Below, in pieces: positions 6,668 through 12,156 of a stretch of DNA of 12,156 nucleotides. This DNA is from a virus, in the UHGV virus genome UHGV-0071740. One strand, written 5' to 3'. Made by a program: the position numbers and the translations under genes. Position 1 is the first letter of the stretch; every line of letters begins with the position of its first letter. The notes beneath the pieces were generated by a model that searched no databases, was not told where the DNA came from, and worked only from the letters and a program-made list of their open reading frames with translations.

Positions 6668-7173
6668 AGCTCTGACATTTCAATATTTTTATTATTATAC
6701 TGAATGCCCATATCATCAAGAATGTGTTTGCAAACTGTTTCAAGAAGTGTTCTTGCGGAGGTTATCGCACCATCCGGATCTGTATGGCGCCGTTCAAGTG
6801 CTTTTATCCAAACGGCGTGGACTCCATCCTCGTTAAACTTTCTTAATACATCAGATATGTCTTCATCCGCTGGAGCTTTATTTTTCCCTTCTAGATAGTC
6901 CAGCATCGGCTGAAATGCCTTATAAATCAAATCTCTCCGGGGGGCATACTTTTCAGTCTTTTTTATAAATCCCCAAAATTCTTTTAGTGAGCGATTAGTT
7001 CTCACAAACTCTGGTAATAGCTGATGTAAAGGAGGATTTTGTAAGAAATATGTTCTTAGAAGCAAATAATCATTATTAGCTTCATCCTGGGCTCCTGTAG
7101 CTCTTGCAATTAGTATGTTTTGAAGCGCTACTGCGCGCTCTAGGTCATTTTGAAGGGTATCTATAATATTCAT
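6508..7173 (-). CDS. HEPN-type abortive-infection-like protein (Abi_C-like), 221 aa
   Basis: Minus-strand ORF, AT-rich; C-terminal GLGTLRNKLGDAHG contains an R-x6-H motif of the HEPN/Abi_C type; only 7 residues follow the motif His, so the protein may be C-terminally shortened. Confidence 0.55.
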   Translation of the reverse strand: MNIIDTLQNDLERAVALQNILIARATGAQDEANNDYLLLRTYFLQNPPLHQLLPEFVRTNRSLKEFWGFIKKTEKYAPRRDLIYKAFQPMLDYLEGKNKAPADEDISDVLRKFNEDGVHAVWIKALERRHTDPDGAITSARTLLETVCKHILDDMGIQYNNKNIEMSELYKTLSKELNLSADQHTENIFKQILGGCSAVVNGLGTLRNKLGDAHGTNSSSR

Positions 7174-7233
7174 AACAAATCTTTATTCACTTCATTTGTG
7201 GGTTGATAATTGAATGGTTTGTACATTGATTTC

Positions 7234-7256
7234 TGTGTATTGCAGTGTGTATTGCA
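7234..7256. repeat. tandem direct repeat TGTGTATTGCA x2 (candidate integrase arm-type sites, right end)
   Basis: Copies at 7234-7244 and 7246-7256 (12-bp register), about 80-100 bp inside the right junction; same motif and orientation as the left-end copies. Confidence 0.55.
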
Positions 7257-7332
7257 ACATAGCCATTCAGGTAGAGATTATGCTCTATTTTTCCTCTTAT
7301 ATCATTCACATACTTACACCATTGACTCATGT

Positions 7333-7342
7333 AGCCGAAGCA
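7333..7342. repeat. right copy of 10-bp direct repeat AGCCGAAGCA (attR core)
   Basis: Identical to 803-812; lambda-like E sequence resumes from here. Confidence 0.8.
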
Positions 7343-8123
7343 TGAAGTGAATCCGCAGATGACCCTGCGTCGCCTGCCGGATGAAGATCCGCAGAATCTG
7401 GCGGACCCGGCTTACCGCCGCCGTCGCATCATCATGCAGAACATGCGTGACGAAGAGCTGGCCATTGCTCAGGTCGAAGAGATGCAGGCAGTTTCTGCCG
7501 TGCTTAAGGGCAAATACACCATGACCGGTGAAGCCTTCGATCCGGTTGAGGTGGATATGGGCCGCAGTGAGGAGAATAACATCACGCAGTCCGGCGGCAC
7601 GGAGTGGAGCAAGCGTGACAAGTCCACGTATGACCCGACCGACGATATCGAAGCCTACGCGCTGAACGCCAGCGGTGTGGTGAATATCATCGTGTTCGAT
7701 CCGAAAGGCTGGGCGCTGTTCCGTTCCTTCAAAGCCGTCAAGGAGAAGCTGGATACCCGTCGTGGCTCTAATTCCGAGCTGGAGACAGCGGTGAAAGACC
7801 TGGGCAAAGCGGTGTCCTATAAGGGGATGTATGGCGATGTGGCCATCGTCGTGTATTCCGGACAGTACGTGGAAAACGGCGTCAAAAAGAACTTCCTGCC
7901 GGACAACACGATGGTGCTGGGGAACACTCAGGCACGCGGTCTGCGCACCTATGGCTGCATTCAGGATGCGGACGCACAGCGCGAAGGCATTAACGCCTCT
8001 GCCCGTTACCCGAAAAACTGGGTGACCACCGGCGATCCGGCGCGTGAGTTCACCATGATTCAGTCAGCACCGCTGATGCTGCTGGCTGACCCTGATGAGT
8101 TCGTGTCCGTACAACTGGCGTAA
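7333..8123 (+). pseudogene. E: major capsid protein E, C-terminal fragment (codon ~80 to end), no start codon of its own
   Basis: Frame open from 7335, with an in-frame TAG at 7332-7334 just upstream; translation ...KPKHEVNPQMTLRRLPDEDPQN...DEFVSVQLA matches the remainder of lambda gpE. Confidence 0.95.
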
Positions 8124-8125
8124 TC

Positions 8126-8143
8126 ATGGCCCTTCGGGGCCAT
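8126..8143 (+). other. stable hairpin ATGGCCC-TTCG-GGGCCAT in the E-FI intergenic region
   Basis: 7-bp perfect stem with a UUCG tetraloop immediately after the E stop; its ATG (8126) is a spurious ORF start. Confidence 0.45.
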
Positions 8144-8164
8144 TGTTTCTCTGTGGAGGAGTCC

Positions 8165-8563
8165 ATGACGAAAGATGAACTGATTGCCCGTCTCCGCTCG
8201 CTGGGTGAACAACTGAACCGTGATGTCAGCCTGACGGGGACGAAAGAAGAACTGGCGCTCCGTGTGGCAGAGCTGGAAGAGGAGCTTGATGACACGGATG
8301 AAACTGCCGGTCAGGACACCCCTCTCAGCCGGGAAAATGTGCTGACCGGACATGAAAATGAGGTGGGATCAGCGCAGCCGGATACCGTGATTCTGGATAC
8401 GTCTGAACTGGTCACGGTCGTGGCACTGGTGAAGCTGCATACTGATGCACTTCACGCCACGCGGGATGAACCTGTGGCATTTGTGCTGCCGGGAACGGCG
8501 TTTCGTGTCTCTGCCGGTGTGGCAGCCGAAATGACAGAGCGCGGCCTGGCCAGAATGCAATAA
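8165..8563 (+). CDS. FI: DNA packaging / head assembly protein FI
   Basis: Translation from ATG 8165 (MTKDELIARLRSLGEQLNRD...ERGLARMQ) matches lambda gpFI; GGAGGA Shine-Dalgarno 8155-8160. Confidence 0.9.
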   Translation: MTKDELIARLRSLGEQLNRDVSLTGTKEELALRVAELEEELDDTDETAGQDTPLSRENVLTGHENEVGSAQPDTVILDTSELVTVVALVKLHTDALHATRDEPVAFVLPGTAFRVSAGVAAEMTERGLARMQ

Positions 8564-8574
8564 CGGGAGGCGCT

Positions 8575-8928
8575 GTGGCTGATTTCGATAACCTGTTCGA
8601 TGCTGCCATTGCCCGCGCCGATGAAACGATACGCGGGTACATGGGAACGTCAGCCACCATGACATCCGGTGAGCAGTCAGGTGCGGTGATACGTGGTGTT
8701 TTTGATGACCCTGAAAATATCAGCTATGCCGGACAGGGCGTGCGCGTTGAAGGCTCCAGCCCGTCCCTGTTTGTCCGGACTGATGAGGTGCGGCAGCTGC
8801 GGCGTGGAGACACGCTGACCATCGGTGAGGAAAATTTCTGGGTAGATCGGGTTTCGCCGGATGATGGCGGAAGTTGTCATCTCTGGCTTGGACGGGGCGT
8901 ACCGCCTGCCGTTAACCGTCGCCGCTGA
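8575..8928 (+). CDS. FII: head-tail joining protein FII
   Basis: GTG start 8575 after GGGAGG; translation MADFDNLFDAAIARADETIRGYMG...PPAVNRRR matches lambda gpFII. Confidence 0.9.
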   Translation: MADFDNLFDAAIARADETIRGYMGTSATMTSGEQSGAVIRGVFDDPENISYAGQGVRVEGSSPSLFVRTDEVRQLRRGDTLTIGEENFWVDRVSPDDGGSCHLWLGRGVPPAVNRRR

Positions 8929-8939
8929 AAGGGGGATGT

Positions 8940-9518
8940 ATGGCCATAAAAGGTCTTGAGCAGGCCGTTGAAAACCTCAGCCGTATCAGCAAAACGGCGG
9001 TGCCTGGTGCCGCCGCAATGGCCATTAACCGCGTTGCTTCATCCGCGATATCGCAGTCGGCGTCACAAGTTGCCCGTGAGACAAAGGTACGCCGGAAACT
9101 GGTAAAGGAAAGGGCCAGGCTGAAAAGGGCCACGGTCAAAAATCCGCAGGCCAGAATCAAAGTTAACCGGGGGGATTTGCCCGTAATCAAGCTGGGTAAT
9201 GCGCGGGTTGTCCTTTCGCGCCGCAGGCGTCGTAAAAAGGGGCAGCGTTCATCCCTGAAAGGTGGCGACAGCGTGCTTGTGGTGGGTAACCGTCGTATTC
9301 CCGGCGCGTTTATTCAGCAACTGAAAAATGGCCGGTGGCATGTCATGCAGCGTGTGGCCGGGAAAAACCGTTACCCCATTGATGTGGTGAAAATCCCGAT
9401 GGCGGTGCCGCTGACCACGGCGTTTAAACAAAATATTGAGCGGATACGGCGTGAACGTCTTCCGAAAGAGCTGGGCTATGCGCTGCAGCATCAACTGAGG
9501 ATGGTAATAAAGCGATGA
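8940..9518 (+). CDS. Z: tail assembly protein Z
   Basis: Translation MAIKGLEQAVENLSRISKTAVPGAAAMAINRV... matches lambda gpZ. Confidence 0.9.
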   Translation: MAIKGLEQAVENLSRISKTAVPGAAAMAINRVASSAISQSASQVARETKVRRKLVKERARLKRATVKNPQARIKVNRGDLPVIKLGNARVVLSRRRRRKKGQRSSLKGGDSVLVVGNRRIPGAFIQQLKNGRWHVMQRVAGKNRYPIDVVKIPMAVPLTTAFKQNIERIRRERLPKELGYALQHQLRMVIKR

Positions 9519-9910
9519 AACATACTGAACTCCGTGCAGCCGTACTGGATGCACTGGAGAAGCATGACACCGGGGCGACGTTTTTTGATGGTCGCCCCGC
9601 TGTTTTTGATGAGGCGGATTTTCCGGCAGTTGCCGTTTATCTCACCGGCGCTGAATACACGGGCGAAGAGCTGGACAGCGATACCTGGCAGGCGGAGCTG
9701 CATATCGAAGTTTTCCTGCCTGCTCAGGTGCCGGATTCAGAGCTGGATGCGTGGATGGAGTCCCGGATTTATCCGGTGATGAGCGATATCCCGGCACTGT
9801 CAGATTTGATCACCAGTATGGTGACCAGCGGCTATGACTACCGGCGCGACGATGATGCGGGCCTGTGGAGGTCAGCCGCTCTTACTTATGTCATTACCTA
9901 TGAAATGTGA
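9515..9910 (+). CDS. U: tail terminator protein U
   Basis: Start overlaps the Z stop (ATGA); translation [31 protein letters not shown]... matches lambda gpU. Confidence 0.9.
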
Positions 9911-9917
9911 GGACGCT

Positions 9918-10658
9918 ATGCCTGTACCAAATCCTACAATGCCGGTGAAAGGTGCCGGGACCACCCTGTGGGTTTATAAGGGGAGCGGTGACCCTTATGC
10001 GAATCCGCTTTCAGACGTTGACTGGTCGCGTCTGGCAAAAGTTAAAGACCTGACGCCCGGCGAACTGACCGCTGAGTCCTATGACGACAGCTATCTCGAT
10101 GATGAAGATGCAGACTGGACTGCGACCGGGCAGGGGCAGAAATCTGCCGGAGATACCAGCTTCACGCTGGCGTGGATGCCCGGAGAGCAGGGGCAGCAGG
10201 CGCTGCTGGCGTGGTTTAATGAAGGCGATACCCGTGCCTATAAAATCCGCTTCCCGAACGGCACGGTCGATGTGTTCCGTGGCTGGGTCAGCAGTATCGG
10301 TAAGGCGGTGACGGCGAAGGAAGTGATCACCCGCACGGTGAAAGTCACCAATGTGGGACGTCCGTCGATGGCAGAAGATCGCAGCACGGTAACAGCGGCA
10401 ACCGGCATGACCGTGACGCCTGCCAGCACCTCGGTGGTGAAAGGGCAGAGCACCACGCTGACCGTGGCCTTCCAGCCGGAGGGCGTAACCGACAAGAGCT
10501 TTCGTGCGGTGTCTGCGGATAAAACAAAAGCCACCGTGTCGGTCAGTGGTATGACCATCACCGTGAACGGCGTTGCTGCAGGCAAGGTCAACATTCCGGT
10601 TGTATCCGGTAATGGTGAGTTTGCTGCGGTTGCAGAAATTACCGTCACCGCCAGTTAA
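9918..10658 (+). CDS. V: major tail tube protein V with C-terminal Ig-like domain
   Basis: Translation from ATG 9918 ([22 protein letters not shown]...) matches lambda gpV, 246 aa; the ORF track start at 9834 is an upstream extension overlapping U. Confidence 0.95.
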
Positions 10659-10673
10659 TCCGGAGAGTCAGCG

Positions 10674-11096
10674 ATGTTCCTGAAAACCGAATCATTTGAA
10701 CATAACGGTGTGACCGTCACGCTTTCTGAACGGTCAGCCCTGCAGCGCATTGAGCATCTCGCCCTGATGAAACGGCAGGCAGAACAGGCGGAGTCAGACA
10801 GCAACCGGAAGTTTACTGTGGAAGACGCCATCAGAACCGGCGCGTTTCTGGTGGCGATGTCCCTGTGGCATAACCATCCGCAGAAGACGCAGATGCCGTC
10901 CATGAATGAAGCCGTTAAACAGATTGAGCAGGAAGTGCTTACCACCTGGCCCACGGAGGCAATTTCTCATGCTGAAAACGTGGTGTACCGGCTGTCTGGT
11001 ATGTATGAGTTTGTGGTGAATGATGCCCCTGAACAGGCAGAGGACGCCGGGCCTGCAGAGCCTGTTTCTGCGGGAAAGTGTTCGACGGTGAGCTGA
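10674..11096 (+). CDS. G: tail assembly chaperone G
   Basis: Translation MFLKTESFEHNGVTVTLSERSALQRIEHLALMKRQAEQ... matches lambda gpG, 140 aa. Confidence 0.9.
   Translation: MFLKTESFEHNGVTVTLSERSALQRIEHLALMKRQAEQAESDSNRKFTVEDAIRTGAFLVAMSLWHNHPQKTQMPSMNEAVKQIEQEVLTTWPTEAISHAENVVYRLSGMYEFVVNDAPEQAEDAGPAEPVSAGKCSTVS
11072..11078 (+). promoter_or_regulatory. programmed -1 ribosomal frameshift slippery heptamer GGGAAAG (G to G-T fusion)
   Basis: Heptamer in the G frame as G GGA AAG, six codons before the G stop; the T frame opens in the -1 frame exactly here. Confidence 0.85.
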
Positions 11097-11512
11097 GTTT
11101 TGCCCTGAAACTGGCGCGCGAGATGGGGCGACCCGACTGGCGTGCCATGCTTGCCGGGATGTCATCCACGGAGTATGCCGACTGGCACCGCTTTTACAGT
11201 ACCCATTATTTTCATGATGTTCTGCTGGATATGCACTTTTCCGGGCTGACGTACACCGTGCTCAGCCTGTTTTTCAGCGATCCGGATATGCATCCGCTGG
11301 ATTTCAGTCTGCTGAACCGGCGCGAGGCTGACGAAGAGCCTGAAGATGATGTGCTGATGCAGAAAGCGGCAGGGCTTGCCGGAGGCGTTCGTTTTGGCCC
11401 GGACGGGAATGAAGTTATCCCCGCTTCCCCGGATGTGGCGGACATGACGGAGGATGACGTAATGCTGATGACAGTATCAGAAGGGATCGCAGGAGGAGTC
11501 CGGTATGGCTGA
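11078..11512 (+). CDS. T: tail assembly protein T, expressed only as a G-T fusion via the -1 frameshift
   Basis: -1 frame ORF with no convincing own start; translation ...FDGELSFALKLAREMGRPDWRAMLAGMSSTEYADWHRFYSTHYFHDV... matches lambda gpT. Confidence 0.85.
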   Translation: MFDGELSFALKLAREMGRPDWRAMLAGMSSTEYADWHRFYSTHYFHDVLLDMHFSGLTYTVLSLFFSDPDMHPLDFSLLNRREADEEPEDDVLMQKAAGLAGGVRFGPDGNEVIPASPDVADMTEDDVMLMTVSEGIAGGVRYG

Positions 11513-12156
11513 ACCGGTAGGCGATCTGGTCGTTGATTTAAGTCTGGATGCGGCCAGATTTGACGAGCAGATGGCCAGAGTCAGGCGTCATTTTTCCGGT
11601 ACGGAAAGTGATGCGAAAAAAACAGCGGCAGTCGTTGAACAGTCGCTGAGCCGACAGGCGCTGGCTGCACAGAAAGCGGGGATTTCCGTCGGGCAGTATA
11701 AAGCCGCCATGCGTATGCTGCCTGCACAGTTCACCGACGTGGCCACGCAGCTTGCAGGCGGGCAAAGTCCGTGGCTGATCCTGCTGCAACAGGGGGGTCA
11801 GGTTAAGGACTCCTTCGGCGGGATGATCCCCATGTTCAGGGGGCTTGCCGGCCACCTCGCTGGCGGTGGCGACCGGTGCGCTGGCGTATGCCTGGTATCA
11901 GGGCAACTCAACCCTGTCCGATTTCAACAAAACGCTGGTCCTTTCCGGCAATCAGGCGGGACTGACGGCAGATCGTATTCTGGCCCTGTCCAGAGCCGGG
12001 CAGGCGGCAGGGCTGACGTTTAACCAGACCAGCGAGTCACTCAGCGCACTGGTTAAGGCGGGGGTAAGCGGTGAGGCTCAGATTGCGTCCATCAGCCAGA
12101 GTGTGGCGCGTTTCTCCTCTGCATCCGGCGCGGCGGGGGACAAGGTCGCTGAAGCC
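11505..12156 (+). pseudogene. H: tail tape measure protein H, 5' part, frame-disrupted near 11850 (3' partial, runs off window end)
   Basis: ATG 11505 (MAEPVGDLVVDLSLDAARFDEQ...) matches the lambda gpH N-terminus, but this frame ends at 12023 after a Gly/Arg-rich nonsense tail, while the +1 frame is open from 11827 to the window end and reads ATSLAVATGALAYAWYQGNSTLSDFNKTLVLSGNQAGLTADR... Confidence 0.7.

Larger units (their letters stand above)
803..7342. mobile_element. ~6.5 kb integrative element (minimal P4/PICI-like satellite or integrase-borne island) inserted in gene E
   Basis: Bounded by the 10-bp direct repeats; carries integrase, AlpA, primase/helicase-like gene and cargo; base composition is visibly more AT-rich than the flanking phage genes, especially 2450-4050; E is colinear with lambda on both sides. 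Confidence 0.85.

Noticed and set aside
8126-8164. Upstream start for FI (MALRGHCFSVEES...)
   Set aside because: This ATG lies inside the E-FI hairpin; the FI homology starts at MTKDEL (ATG 8165), which has a GGAGGA Shine-Dalgarno.
8050-11855. Antisense and alternative-frame ORFs across the lambda tail genes (e.g. 8060-8353, 8369-8665, 8912-9190, 9249-9554, 10238-10648, 10794-11165, 11538-11855)
   Set aside because: GC-rich phage coding DNA throws long spurious ORFs; the + strand genes are colinear with known lambda proteins.
1-12156. CRISPR arrays, tRNA/rRNA genes, IS transposases
   Set aside because: No regular repeat-spacer periodicity, no tRNA-like sequence at the element boundaries, and no transposase-like ORF; the insertion ends in integrase-type att repeats rather than terminal inverted repeats.

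Overview
The window is the late head/tail morphogenesis region of a lambda-like prophage, read on the + strand in lambda gene order (C/Nu3 tail end, D, E, FI, FII, Z, U, V, G, T, H). The major capsid gene E is split at about codon 82 by a ~6.5 kb integrase-bearing insertion (803-7342) flanked by a 10-bp direct repeat AGCCGAAGCA. The insertion looks like a minimal satellite-type integrative element: a P4-type tyrosine integrase, an AlpA-family regulator, an AT-rich minus-strand operon (Arc-like ribbon-helix-helix protein plus a 478-aa protein I cannot assign to a family), a divergent control region with a strong predicted promoter and two palindromes, two small ORFs coupled to a P4-family primase/helicase-like protein, and a HEPN/Abi-like gene whose 3' end collides with the primase 3' end. 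The RHH + 478-aa operon is the best candidate for an undescribed system, probably anti-phage defence or toxin-antitoxin-like. Repeated TGT(G)TATTGCA motifs sit just inside both ends, as expected for integrase arm sites. Separately, the tape-measure gene H is frame-disrupted near 11850, so the prophage appears defective in two ways. I saw no rRNA, tRNA, CRISPR array or transposase. All family assignments are from reading the translations and recalling motifs and lambda protein sequences; no database or HMM search was run, and coordinates of small motifs were hand-counted.
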